Position numbers and translations under genes: made by a program
The notes under the pieces: generated by a model
What the model was told of the DNA's origin: nothing
The model's database searches: none
What the model saw: the letters and a program-made list of their open reading frames with translations, nothing else
NCBI GenBank assembly: GCA_030390025.1
Contig: CM059433.1
Coordinates: forward strand, 31,064,001-31,128,000
DNA: 64,000 nucleotides
From: Squalus acanthias
Lineage: Eukaryota
Direction of reading: 5' to 3'
Part shown: positions 1 through 12,414 of the stretch, piece by piece
Layout of the letters: each line of letters begins with the position of its first letter
Position numbering within the stretch: the stretch's first letter is position 1

Positions 1-3000
1 TCAGGACCCTCATGGACAACCCCAACAGGGACAGACCGGAACGCCGTACTGCTATTGTTGCCCGGGAGCTCAGACGTTTCGACATAGACATCGCCGCCCT
101 AAGCGAGACCCGGCGGGCAGGGGAAGGCCAGCTCAAGGAGCAAGGCGGTGGCTACACCTTCTTCTGGAAAGGCAAGCCTGAAGAAGAACGCCGCCTCCAT
201 GGGGTAGGCTTCGCCATAAAAAGTGAGCTAGCTGAACGTCTCAGAGAGTTCCCTTGTGGAATAAACAACGCCTCATGACTCTACAGCTCACCCTAGCCCA
301 GAACCAGTGCGCTACGGTCGTCAGTGCGTACGTCCCAACACTGGAAGCGACAGACGAGACCAAAGAGGAATTCTACTCCAGCCTCGAACAATCCCTGTCC
401 CGAGTCCCAACGGGCGACAAGCTGATCCTCCTCGGCGACTTTAACGCCAGAGTTGGAAAGGACACAGACCTCTGGGGATGTGTGATCGGCAGAGAGGGGG
501 TAGGGAAAGCCAACTCCAACAGTACCCTCCTCCTGACGAAATGCTCAGAACATGGACTTGTCATAACCAACACCTTGTTCCGTCAGAGAGACAAGTACAA
601 GGCTTCATGGCAGCACCCTCGCTCCAAGCACTGGCATCTGCTGGACTACGTTATCGTCCGAGCGAGGGACCGCAAGGACGTCCGCATCACCCGCGCCATG
701 ACAGGAGCTGACGACTGCTGGACAGACCACTGTCATCTCCATCAATGTAGCCCCAAAACAGCGGCGGCAACAGAAACAATGCTGCAGGAAAATCAATGCT
801 GGAGCACTCAAAGACCCCACTAAGAAAGCCCTATTCAGCCTGCGCCTCAAACAACCTGGCGACTCTCAGTGATTCAGAGACATAGAGTATCCACAGCGCC
901 TGGTCTGCACTCAAGGCCTCCATAATCAGCACCTGTGAAGAGACGCTCGGTCACTCGACCAGGAAACACCAAGACTGGTTCGACGAGAACGACCAGGAGA
1001 TCCAGGAGCTAATAAGCCGCAAGTGCAAGGCACTCCTGATCTGGAAACAGCAACACAACTCGAGAGCAAGAAAGCAGCTCTAAAGACGCCTGAAGGCCAA
1101 GGTCCAACAAAAAACTCGCGACCTTAAGAACAGATGGTGGGTGGAGAAAGTGCAGGAGATCCAACAGCTTGCCGACAACCACGACGTGCGTGGATTCTTT
1201 AGCGCAGTCAAGACCATCTACGGCTCAAGCACCCAAGGTCCTACCCCACTGCGGGCCAAGAACAGAGAGGTACTCATCAAGGACAGAGAGGCAGTCAGTG
1301 CCCACTGGAAGGAGCACTTCGAAGATCTCCTTAACCGAGACTCTGTCTTCGACGCGAGTGTCCTCAACTCCATTCCGCAGCATGCTACCTGCCACCATCT
1401 CAGCACAACCCCAGCCCGGCATGAGGTTGAAAAGGCCATCTGACAACTGAAGAACAACAAGGCCTCAGGAGCAGATGGAATCCCCACCGAGGCACTAAAG
1501 CATGGCGGAGAAGCACTACTGGTGCGAATTCATGGACTCATTTCTCTTATCTGGAAGGAGGAGAGCATGCCAGGGGATCTCAGAGATGCCGTAATTGTGA
1601 CCATCTTCAAGAAAGCTGACAAGTCCGATTGCGGTAATTACAGAGCAGTTTCCCTGCTGTGTGCCACAGGGAAAGTATTCGCAAGAATCCTCCTCAATCG
1701 TCTTCTCCCAGTGGCTGAAGAGCTCCTCCCAGAGTCGCAATGCGGATTCCGCCCACTAAGGGGCACAATGGACATGATCTTCACCGTGCGTCAATTACAA
1801 GAGAAATGCAGGGAACAGCACCAACCGCTGGACATGACCTTCTTTGATCTCACAAAGGCCTTCGACACTGTCAACCATGAGGGATTATGGAGTGTCCTCC
1901 TCAAATTCGGCTGCCCTCAAAAGTTTGTCACCATCCTCCGCCTGCTTCACGACAATATGCAAGCCGTGATCCTGACCAATGGTTCCACCACAGACCCAAT
2001 TCATGTACGGACCGGGGTCAAGCAAGGCTGTGTCATCGCACCAACGCTCTTCTCGATCTTCCTTGCTGCAATGCTCCATCTCACCCTCAGTAAGCTCCCC
2101 GCTGGAGTGGAGCTAATTTACAGAACAAACGGGAAACTGTTCAACCTCCGTCGCCTCCAGTCCAGATCCAAGGTCATCCCTTCCTCTGTCATTGAATTAC
2201 AGTATGCAGATCACGCTTGCATCTGCGCACACTCTGAGGTCGAATTCCAAACCATCGTCAACACCTTCACTGAAGCGTACAAGAGCATAGGCCTTACACT
2301 AAACATCTGTAAGACAAAGATCCTCTCCCAACCTGCCCCTGCCACACAGCACTGCCCCCCGATTATCAAAATCCACGACAAGGCCTTGGACAACGTGAAC
2401 CACTTTCCATACCTCGGGAGCCTACTGTCAACAAGGGCAGACGTCGATGACGAAGTCCAACACCGCCTTCAGTGTGCCAGTGCAGCCTTCGGTCGCCTGA
2501 GGAAGAGAGTGTTTGAAGACCAGGACCTCAAACCCGGCACTAAGCTCATGGTCTACAGAGCAGCAGTGATACCCACCCTCCTGTATGCCTCACAGACATG
2601 GACCATGTACAGCAGGCACCTCAAAGCACTGGAGAGGTACCACCAATGCTGCCTCCGCAAGATCCTGCAAATCCATTGGCAGGATAGGCGCACCAACGTC
2701 AGTGTTCTCGCTCAGGCCAACATCCCCAGCATCGAAGCTTTGACCACGCTCGATCAGCTCCGATGGACGGGTGACATCGTCCGCATGCCCGATACGATAC
2801 TCCCAAAACAAGCGCTCTACTTGGAGCTCCGACACGGCAAGAGAGCCCCAGGTGGGCAGAGGAAACGCTTCAAGGACACCCTCAAAGCATCCTTGAAAAA
2901 GTGCAACATCCCCACCGACACCTGGGAATCCCTGGCCCAAGACCGCATAAAGTGGAGGAGAAGCATCTGGGAAGGCGCCGAACATCTCGAGTCTCTTCGC

Positions 3001-3201
3001 CAGGAGCAAGCGGAAGCCAAGTGCAAACAGCGCAAGGAGCCCACGTCAACCCAAGCACCCCACCCGCCCCTTCAACCACCGTCTCCCCAACCTGTGACAG
3101 AGACTGTAGGTCCCGCATTGGATTCATCAGTCACCTGAGAACTCATTTTTAATGTGGAAGCAAGTCATCCTCGGTTCCGAGGGACTGCCTAAGAGAGAGA
3201 G
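1..3201 (+). mobile_element. RTE-clade (BovB/RTE-1-like) non-LTR retrotransposon, near full-length ORF but degenerate; 5' end runs off the window
   Basis: APE endonuclease motifs (DIAALSETR, VSAYVPT, LLGDFNARVG, WHLLDYV, TDH), RT in ORF 1522-3138 (PESQCGFRP, FFDLTKAFD, GVKQGCVIAP, YADH, FPYLGS), C-terminal CDRDCRSRIGFISHLRTH, short 3' UTR ending in (AG)n. Frameshifts plus stops at 1081 and 1441. Confidence 0.93.
1522..3138 (+). pseudogene. Reverse transcriptase segment of the RTE ORF (538 aa open; catalytic YADD mutated to YADH)
   Basis: RT motifs in the translated ORF track; upstream EN region disrupted. Confidence 0.88.
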
Positions 3202-3354
3202 ACCACCATAGTTAAATTGCCTGCCAATACTCACTGTGTAGACTTAACCAAGAAGGACGGCCATTTGGGTAAAGTCGTTAAGGGCTTGCGGCCCTTAGCG
3301 CGAGTCAGGAAAGGAGAAAAAGAAAATGGTCTCCATGTACCTTGAGAACTGGCC

Positions 3355-3840
3355 TAAGAACATAGGAACAAGAGTAGGCCTTTCAGCCTGTCCTGCCGTT
3401 CAAGTAGATCATGGCTGATCTGTAGCTCAACTCCATCTACCCGCCTTGTTCCATAACCTTTGATATTCTTATTTAACAAAAATCTATCGATCTCAGTTCT
3501 GAAATTTTCAATTGACCCTCAGCATCCACAGCCTTTTGGGGGAGAGAGTTCCAGATTTCCACTACCCTTTGTGTGAAGAAATGCTTCCTGGCATCACCCC
3601 TGAATGACCTAGCTCTAATTTTAAGGTTATGCCCCCTTGTTGTCGACTCCCCCCACCAGAGGAAACAGTTTTTCTCTGTCTAGCCTATCAATTCCTTTAA
3701 TCATCTTAAACATCTCAATTACATCACTTCTTAATCTTTTACACTCAAGGGAATACAAGCCTAGTCTGTGCAACCAGTCCTCATAATTTAACCCTGTTAG
3801 CCCTGGTATCACTCAAGTGAATCAGCGCTGCATCCCCTCC
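3355..3840 (-). mobile_element. CR1 LINE 3' fragment
   Basis: Minus ORF MIPGL..YEDWLHRLGLYSLE.RLRSDVIEMFKMIKG is the CR1 ORF2 C-terminus, followed by the CR1 3' UTR. Confidence 0.85.
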
Positions 3841-4354
3841 GCCCCTCCGAAGACAAGAAATCCTAAAAAGTTAGATGAACTGCATGCCCTGTTGTGATCT
3901 GCCACCTATGGATAATGATTTCATGCCCATCAGCATTATATCTAGGCATGCAATTTCTGATGTTAAGCTGGAAGGTGTTCAGTAACTTGCGGCAATCTGA
4001 AATGCTGGGCTGAGGAGCTTTTTCCAGCAGTACAAGGACTGGTTAATAATGATGGATTTGCCATCCATTTAGACCAAAGCTTTCCCATCTCATCTGTGGA
4101 TTAAGCCTCCGTCTCACATCCGTCACCTTCCGTCGGCCTGGAAGGTTACTTGCTGCCACATGTCAGGATTTCTTTTCCGATTTGCTCTTTGCAAACACAC
4201 TGTCACATTTTGTACAGCTGATATCAGCCTCCACATTTCTCTCTAGTAATAGCCTGATGATTAAATGTCATCTGCACATTAGCTACAACCCTGAAACAAA
4301 GCAGCGATTCGTAACACTCCTTCCTTTCGCAATAGAAGCAATTAAATAATGCAT

Positions 4355-4778
4355 TTCTTTCGGATGAGACATTAAACCGAGGCCCCGTCTGCCCTCTCAG
4401 GTGGAAGTAAAAGATCCCAGGACACTATTTCAAAGAAGAGCAGGTGAGTTCTCCCTGGTGTCCTGGTCAATATTTATCCCTCAACCAAATCACTAAAAAC
4501 AGATTATCTGGTCATTTTCGCACTGTTATTTGTGGGACCTTGCAGTGTGTGAAATGGCTGCCGCACTGGGAGTGCCAGCCTAGATTTTGTGCTCAAGCTC
4601 TTGAGTGGGGCTTGAACCCGCAACCTTCTGACGATGCCAGAGTGCTACCACTGAGCCATGGCTGACACCATCACAACAGTGGCCACACTTCAAAAGTACT
4701 TTGTTGGCGGTAAAGCGTTTTCAGAGGTCCTGAGGTCATGAAAGTTGCTATATTAAATGCGAGTCGTTCTTTTCTTTT
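4355..4778 (+). mobile_element. Deu-domain SINE (SacSINE1/AmnSINE1-like), rearranged, with an inverted head piece at about 4563-4668
   Basis: Body GATGAGACATTAAACCGAGGCCCCGTC...GTAAAAGATCCC and the tail are shared with about 10 other copies in the window. Confidence 0.75.
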
Positions 4779-5489
4779 GACCTAACCTTTATTGATTCTC
4801 CCTTGGATTTTCTCCCCTCCTCACCTGACTGTTATTGGAACACGGGACCAGGGGTGAAAGCCCTCCGATACCTCACTTCAATTCATGTACGAGCCTGGAG
4901 CACCACTGGCGACAGGCTAGCTGTCCATTCCTGGGCGTCACATCTGAGCCCCACCAGTCGTCATACTTTCCAGTGTGAGTCCCTGGACAGCAGTCACGAG
5001 CGGGCCCCACGGCGGATTGCTGTCCTCCTCCCAAGCACGGGGTGGGGGGGTGGCGCTGCAGCCAAATGAGAACAGTTAACGGGGGGTGGAGTCAGATCTT
5101 TGCAGTCTGTATGGGTGGCGCATTGAGCCAGTGAGCCATTGAGGTTTAACCCCTTCTCCCATTGTACAGAACGTAACAAAATAATTTTACATACGTATTG
5201 CATCCATGGTTTTCTTTTCGACCAATGAATGGAATTAAGTATTATAATTTTTTTAAGGAATGGCAAGTCAACATTTTCTCAAAGACTTTTCTTTGCTTCA
5301 CGCATTTTTGGTGTAAGTGTGCAATTACCATTGGTTAGTTCTCTTTCTGATGGTCAGGGTTTTTGTAAGCAGGTGAGACTTTGCAGGCTTCAAATTAATT
5401 GTTCAACGTATACCAATGGCATTAGAAAAGGGCAGCTCACGAGAACAAGAGAGCCTCCAAGATAACCCAGATAGTCAGTGCACCTCCTA

Positions 5490-5720
5490 GTGTGGAGCTC
5501 AGCCGGAGAGACTTGTAAAGGTCGTAGGTTGAATCCCCAGTCGACGCTGAGTTAGTTGGTTGCAGCCAGGCAGGTGTCAGGTGTACTGCACTTGCCCTCA
5601 GCACCACTGCGGTTAGGAGTTGGAAAGTCAGCTGGGATTCTTGTTCCTGATCGTTACCGTGTTAATCCCAGTGGATAGTACGTGCATGCAGGCATCAGGT
5701 AAAGACAGGGTGGAGGAATT
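5490..5720 (+). repeat. Old SINE-like dispersed repeat (related copy at about 17215-17460)
   Basis: Both loci share GCTGAGTT...CAGCCAG...CCTCAGCACC...TGTTCCTGA; family not identified. Confidence 0.45.
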
Positions 5721-5764
5721 TCCTATTGGGGGCGTAATCGGGAAGTTATGCCCATTTGTGCACC

Positions 5765-6003
5765 TACTTAGGACTGAGATGAGGAGAAATGTCTTCACTC
5801 AGAGGGTTGTGAATCATTGGAATTCTCTACCCCAGAGGGCTGTGGATTCAAGGCTGAGATCGATAGATTTTTAGACACAAAGGGAATCAAGGGATATAGG
5901 GATAGGGTGGGAAAGTGGAGTTGAGGTAGAAGATCTTATTGAATGGTGGAGCAGGCTCGAGGGGCCATATAGCCTACTCTTGCTCCTATTTCTTATGTTC
6001 TTA
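5765..6003 (+). mobile_element. CR1 LINE 3' end
   Basis: RRNVFTQRVVNHWNSLPQRAV followed by the CR1 3' UTR and a TTCTTATG-type tail. Confidence 0.85.
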
Positions 6004-6384
6004 TTTTGCCGATGTTTATTTGCACCCAAATTTCCTGATGATCTCATTAACGTACACTGTAATGTAAAGATGGTTATAAACAAGCTGGAACAATTGGAGC
6101 CAGAGGAAAGCGCTAAACGCACCCTGTATATTCCTTTAATAAGTATGAAAATTAACGTTTCAAGCCATCTAACTGTCATTCAAGCACATCGGGCACAGCG
6201 TGTTAAAGAATTTACAAGCGTGGAAGCTTTTGAATTTTTAATGTGACTCGTACTGAAGATGCATTAAAAGAAACACAACATCGAGAGCAGGTCTCAGTGA
6301 GGATACATTTTTTAACATTGCGCCAAAAATCACAATAAACCACCAGAAAAACAACTTTGTTTCCTGCTGCAATCTAAAATTCTA

Positions 6385-6641
6385 GGCACGATTTTAAACT
6401 CGTTTTGAACCAGCATAATGGTCAGGAAATTTGCGTGTTAAACCCGGAGGCGGAACCACTATAACGAGCCGAGATGTGTTTGGGTACAGGGATCAATAGA
6501 CAGGTGTAAAAGAGCAACGAAATTCAGGCATAGCGTAATTATATGCATAATCACTTACGCCCATGATTCCTCAAGCGTTTACGGCGGGAACTTGCTTTAC
6601 ACCCTGATTACAGGTGTCCCTGGCACAGGAAATCACACCCC
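6385..6641. mobile_element. Old MITE (Harbinger-type ends)
   Basis: GGCACGATTTT ... GAAATCACACCCC imperfect terminal inverted repeat. Confidence 0.4.
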
Positions 6642-6749
6642 AGGATCGGGCTTGGCAGTAATACCTTCCACAGTCAAATAGCCTCCCACCACTCACTGTC
6701 TCTGCTTACACGTATAGAATGCCCACTGCCCAAGGTCATGGCTTCATAA

Positions 6750-6787
6750 TCTAGCCTGGCTAGAGGGAGTGCTGCACTGTTGGAGGT

Positions 6788-6818
<31 letters not shown>

Positions 6819-7078
6819 CCCAAACAAGACTCAGGTGGATTTTAAAGATCCCATGGCACTATCGGGAGAAGAACAAGAGAGTTCTCCCTGGTGTCCTGGT
6901 TAACATTTATCCCTCCGCCAACATCACGAAAAACAGATTATCTGGTTATTTATTTATTTGCTGTTTGTGGGAGCTTGCTGTGCGGAAATTGGCAGCCGCG
7001 CTTCCTACATTTCAACAGTGACCACACTTCAAAAGTACTTCATTGGCTATAAAGCGCTTTTGGACACCCTGAGGATTT
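6750..7078 (+). mobile_element. Deu-domain SINE, 5' truncated
   Basis: Matches the other SINE copies in the window. Confidence 0.8.
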
Positions 7079-7254
7079 CTTTCTTTCACTTGGGCGGGAT
7101 ACTGGAGAGCAGGTGGGTGCTCATAGACACAGATTGTGGTCAATGTCAGAGCCTTCGGGAGAGAAAAGGAAATACAAGGATAAATAAACACCGCTGCACA
7201 TTATTTCCCTTTTGAATCGCCAAACCTATTAACATCGATTGGACATCACGCAAA

Positions 7255-7640
7255 GACAACAACAACTGGTATTTATATAGCACCTTTAACGTAGTAAAAC
7301 GTTCCAAGGCGCCTCACAGGAGCGATAATCAAACATAATTTGACACCAAACCACGTAAGGATATTAGGACAGGTGATCAAAAACTTGGTCAAAGAGGTAG
7401 GTTTTCAGGAGTGCCTTAAAGGAGGGGAGGTGCAAAGGTGGAGAGGTTTAGGGCGGGAATTCCAGAGCTTAGGCCCGAGGCAGATGATGGCACGGCCGGC
7501 AATGGTGGAGCGATGAAAATCGGGGATGCGCAAGAGGCCAGAATTGGAGGAGCGCAGAGATCTCGGAGGATTGTAGGGCTGGAGGAGGTTAATGAGATAG
7601 GGAGGGGCGAGGCCATGGAAGGATTTGAAAACAAGGACGA
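7255..7640 (-). mobile_element. L2 LINE 3' fragment
   Basis: (CAA)n + TTTATATAGCACCTTTAACGTAG tail; same sequence as the L2 at 55602-56665. Confidence 0.8.
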
Positions 7641-8494
7641 GCAGATAGAAACAATTGATGGGGACACCACACTTTCCTTTAGACGGCCTCTTTGTTTATA
7701 AAACTATTGGGAGGTTTAGAATAAAAACGTCAAAAGCTACAAAGCCCGATGCGCATGCAGATGGATTTCTCTTTTGCTGTGTGCGATATCTGTTTTCATT
7801 TTCTTTGAAAACAAACATCAAAACTGAGGTAGAGTTAGTCACCCCATGACAGTATTACATCTGTACATTTTTCTAATGTAGTTCAGCGCTATTGCAGACA
7901 GTGCCAGCTAATGGGAACATTTGCATAAAGGTAACAGTTATTGAGACACTGATTCATTCTCTTACGTGCATGGAAGACATGACTGGATAAAGGGGATGTT
8001 ATGTTTTTTTGCCATGGGTTGATCCCCATTAAGAGGCCTTAACTGCATTAACGCAACCGAACCTCACCAACAAACAAAGTAGTCGGCTGAGGTAAAGGAG
8101 CTTAAAAATTGAAGCTGCAATCTTTACCTTTTTTTTAAATCGCAGAAAGGAATAACCTTTCATCACCTTAGTTAAGGCTTGTTAAATAACCTTGAAACCT
8201 GGTAAGTGCATCTCCGAGCTTTCAATCAAGTGTTATTCAACAGATGATTAGTTCCATCCATTTCACATTAGAATTCTACATCTGGGACAGTTAAAAATCC
8301 AGTCCGTGACACACAGCCTAAAGCCAGCAGTAACAGCCCGAGTGATGAGCAATCAATACATGCAAGAGAACTGCATTTACATTCCAAAATCACAGTCAGC
8401 AAATGGGCCTTCAAAGAAAACCATGACTGCCATTGTGGCTGTACTCATTTGAGTACATCTAATAAAGTCAATATTGATGGGATTATGCCAGAAA

Positions 8495-8662
8495 TCTGAA
8501 ATAAAAATAGAAAGAAAACCTGGCCATGCACAGCAGGCCTGTTAGCATCTGTAAAGCAAAAAGGCAAGTTATGACGTTTTGGAAAGGTACACAATCGAGA
8601 TGTCTAACCTGCCTCTTCTCTGTACAGATGCTGACCGCCTCACTGTGTACTTCCAGCATTCA
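8495..8662. mobile_element. Palindromic remnant of a Penelope-like element terminus
   Basis: Arms at about 8520-8580 and 8597-8660 are imperfect reverse complements; the right arm resembles 39770-39835. Confidence 0.55.
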
Positions 8663-8666
8663 GTGT

Positions 8667-9057
8667 CAACAACAACTTGCATTTATATAGCACCTTTAAC
8701 GTAGTAAAAAAAATCCCAAAGCGTGTCACAGGAGCGTAATCAGACAAAATTTGACACCGAGCCACATAAGGAGATATTAGGACAGGTAACCAAAAGCTTC
8801 ATCAAAGAAGTAGGTTTTAAGGAGTGTCTTAAAGGAGGAGAGAGAGGTGGGGAGTCAGAGAGGTTTAGGGAGGGAATTCCAGAGATTAGGGCCTAGATAG
8901 CTACCGCCAATGGTGGGGTGAAGGATGTGGTAGATGCACAAGAGGCCAGAATTGGAGGAGCGCAGAGATCTCGGAAGGTTGTAGGACTGGAGGAGGTTAC
9001 AGAGACAGGGAGGGGGTGAGGCCATGGAGGGATTTGAACACGAGGATGAGAATTTGA
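8667..9057 (-). mobile_element. L2 LINE 3' fragment
   Basis: Same tail and body as 7255-7640 and 55602-56000. Confidence 0.8.
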
Positions 9058-9165
9058 ATGCATCATTGGAAAATTAAATGATACATTTGAACGCAAAATT
9101 GTACAGAGGACAAGACATTTAACGGATTGATACTTCAAAACAATGAAGCATTCTTTTAAACTTTA

Positions 9166-9879
9166 GGGAAGGTTTTTCAGGTGCATTGGATCACCTGGGC
9201 TCAATTCAGGCAGGTTGGAACGCACATCTGTACAGGAAGTGGCCTGATTTTCTTTCTGTTTAAATTAGTGGAAGAAGATTCAGCAGGTTCCATTACGGGC
9301 CTACGCTCTGACTCACCCAACTTCCTGATATTCACCGTACACTAGGTGATCCAGTTGTGCCTGGATGAAGATCCAGTTTGGGGCCAATTTTCCTCTCTAA
9401 ATGCACCTGGGAAGGCTCAGTTCCCAGGCATATTTGGAGAGGATAAGGAGGTTTCCCCCTTTAAATTGTCCAGGATGTCTGGAGTTTCTCTGGGGTGAGA
9501 GGCATTATGCTTGTACCTGAAGGAGAACACAGGAGAAGGACACACATGGTAGGGCGAGAGAAACAGCTGTCCAGCCTCACTTTCCTCCCCCGTCACCTGA
9601 ATGTTGCCCATTTTGAGGAGTGCTCAGAAGATTAGGGACCAAAGGTGGATGAGGCGCAGCCAGCAAAGACCAGAGGACCAATAAAGGTAATTCCCCTTCC
9701 TCTTTCAGGGCTAGCGGGCTTGAAGGTGGAGGCCGTCTGGCTGATATTTTTTGGACAACAGCTTGTAGGTCCTGAAGCTGACGTCCATTAATGCTGCAGC
9801 AGCAACTGTATTTCCTTTGGTTGCACTTTGTTTGTCGAGTGCCTGGGCACGGGGAGAGTGGACGGGCTGGAAATCACCC
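9166..9879. mobile_element. Old MITE (Harbinger-type ends)
   Basis: tta|GGGAAGGTTTTTCAG ... CTGGAAATCACCC|tat. Confidence 0.45.
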
Positions 9880-10684
9880 TATTATATTTTATACCAGTAT
9901 AAGAATCTGTGGTAAAATGAAGCATATTTATCTACGATGAATTATTCATTGAATTCTATGTTGCTGCTCACAGACCACACAGGGTTAAAATTGGGTAGCA
10001 TGAGCTTTTTCTGCAAGGGAATGCGCATCCATAGTCATAGGTATCAGTGTGCATCGAAAGGTTGCTCCTGGGGAAAAAAAGGGTGGTTTAGTATGTTAAT
10101 GTATGTTGAGTGCAGAAACATTCATGCCATTCTGTGTTCTGGTGGTTGCCTGGACAAGTGTTAATTCCCTGCAATCACAGGTTGATCAAAATGGTTTGTA
10201 ATGATAAATGGGTTTCTCAGGATTGAGTCAAGCCATTCCATTCAACTACAAACATTCTGTGGAGCTCTTTACAATGAATGTTTGATTTTTGGTTGAATTG
10301 GTGTGAGCGAAAAGTCATATTTCCAGCCACCTCAATGTAATTATAAGAAATACTTATTTTTTAATTCCATTAACGCTGGGCTATGCTCAGAAGAAATAAA
10401 AAAAAAGGTCAGTCAGTCCGAGGCCATCAAGGGTAGAATGATAATCAGGCATCTCCGTGCTGGTGTAAGATGTAATGATTGTGAATCAAGCCTCAGTGTT
10501 ATATTGGGACTTAGCACAGGTCAAGCAACTTTGTTGTTTGGGAATTTTGAGGAGAAAAGTAAAATTTGTAATTACATCAAATAAATTATAATGAGTAATG
10601 TTCATTTACCTGTTTAATGTTCAATAAATTTGTCTGTTGGTTTACACCCTGAGCCATGATCTAATAGAATCTTTATTCTTATAT

Positions 10685-10970
10685 AGAATTACATCGATTT
10701 TACAGCACAGAAACAGGCCATTTGGAACAACTGGTTTACGCTCCACACGAGGTTGCTCCCACCTTATATCATCTAACCCCATCAACATATCCTTCTATTA
10801 TTTTCTCCTACATGTGCTTATCTAGCTTCCTCTTAAATGCATCTATGCTATTTGCCTCAACTACTCCCTGTAGTAGCGAGTTCCACATTCTAACCACTCT
10901 CTGGATGAAGACGTTTCTCCTGAACTCCTTATAGGATTTATTTATGTCTATCTTATATTTATGACCTCTA
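10685..10970 (-). mobile_element. CR1 LINE 3' end, interrupted by a MITE
   Basis: Reverse complement of the CR1 3' region (RVVRMWNSL); similar to 26990-27270. Confidence 0.75.
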
Positions 10971-11863
10971 GGGGTAAAAATTCACTTGGTTGCGCCACCT
11001 GTTAGCGCCTTAAGAGGGCGCTAATGGGGCGCAAAGCCGCTAACGCCCGGGCGCAGCGATGTTTGCGCCGCTCGAGAACTTAACTTGAGATTGTGCGGCG
11101 CCGCTAAAACTTACCGCTGCGACCACCTGCGCGCGCAGATTGTGACGTCATTCCATGGTGCAACGCCCTTGGGGCGCCCCGTAGCGGAAATTGAGTGGCG
11201 CCCCCTGCCTTACCGCCTGGCGCTTCCAACGACCAGAAGACTGGAACGCTATCAATCGCTGTGGGGCTGGGGGGGGGCGCTATTTAAAGGGGGCCTCTTC
11301 CTGTCTTTTATTGTTGGTGGCATTTTTGAACAACGCATTCTGAGAGAGAGAGGGAGAGACTTCTGGAGAGATTCAACGTTGTGTGAAGGAGTTTGGGTAC
11401 TGAGCAGCACTTTGCAGGTTCATTTTGATTTGCCATTCCTTGTATCGATTTAGCAGAGACCGTGGGAGCTGCACTCTGAGCTCTTTGCCTGGTGCTCTCC
11501 ATTGTTCTTTCCAGCACATTTGATGTGCAAGTCTCTCCAGGCCGAGATTCAAGGCAGCAATGAACAGGATGTGGATGGAAAGCAAGATTAACCATCCCCT
11601 TTAAGAACTGGCCCATGCCATTGTGTGTGTGTTCCATTGCTGACTGACATTACATGAGCTTCGCCAGCGCTCCGAGTTAGCGCCTCACTGCTCGGCCTTT
11701 GCGCCTTAAGAGAGGTGTGCAGTGCCTGCTTTAGCGCTCCACTCACCTCCCGGGGCGGTAAAAGTGAAGTTTCCCGTCAGTGCCGATAATTAGCGCCAGG
11801 CGCTAATATTTGCGTCCGGACGATATTTGCGCCCCAAATGGGGCGCGACCTAATTTCTACCCC
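10971..11863. mobile_element. CpG-rich Harbinger-type MITE (same family as 22147-22907, opposite orientation)
   Basis: GGGGTAAAAATT ... AATTTCTACCCC TIR with TA-containing flanks; subterminal GTTAGCGCCTTAAGAGGGCGCTAATGGG shared with the 22147 copy. Confidence 0.8.
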
Positions 11864-12414
11864 CTAGACTTCCACATTCTGAAGTTATAGAGATCACATG
11901 ACATCAAATGATATATTCTATAATCATGAGAGCAGTGACAAGGGTTCTATGTTTAACCCCTGGCTCCTGTTACATTTATCTAAGTATTTGACAGGAATAG
12001 GTGCACTCTAGTCCATAAGGGACAAGGGGTCCACTTATGGGAGTGATTAATGACGCTAATCCCAAGGAGACTTACCTAATGTAAAAAGCCATTAATGTAA
12101 TCATTTCAGAGAGGAGTTTTTTGGACCCATTTTCCACTCTGGGCCCCTGTTCAGTGCCAGACAGTCTAATGCATTGAAGGTGCACTTGCCATTGACACTG
12201 AGGTCTTCCAGTTGCTGGAGAACAGCAGTAAAAAGGTCTCGAGGCCCAAAGATTATGTTGGGGAGGCAAAGATGTCAAGATTACTGATGCTCTTTACTTC
12301 CCCTGCCTCCCCCACCACAGTCTGCAGGAATCTCATTCAAGCCCCACCGACACCTCTTTTGCCCATGTTCTTGCATCACACTGATTCCAATCAGGAAAAA
12401 GTAATGATGAAATG

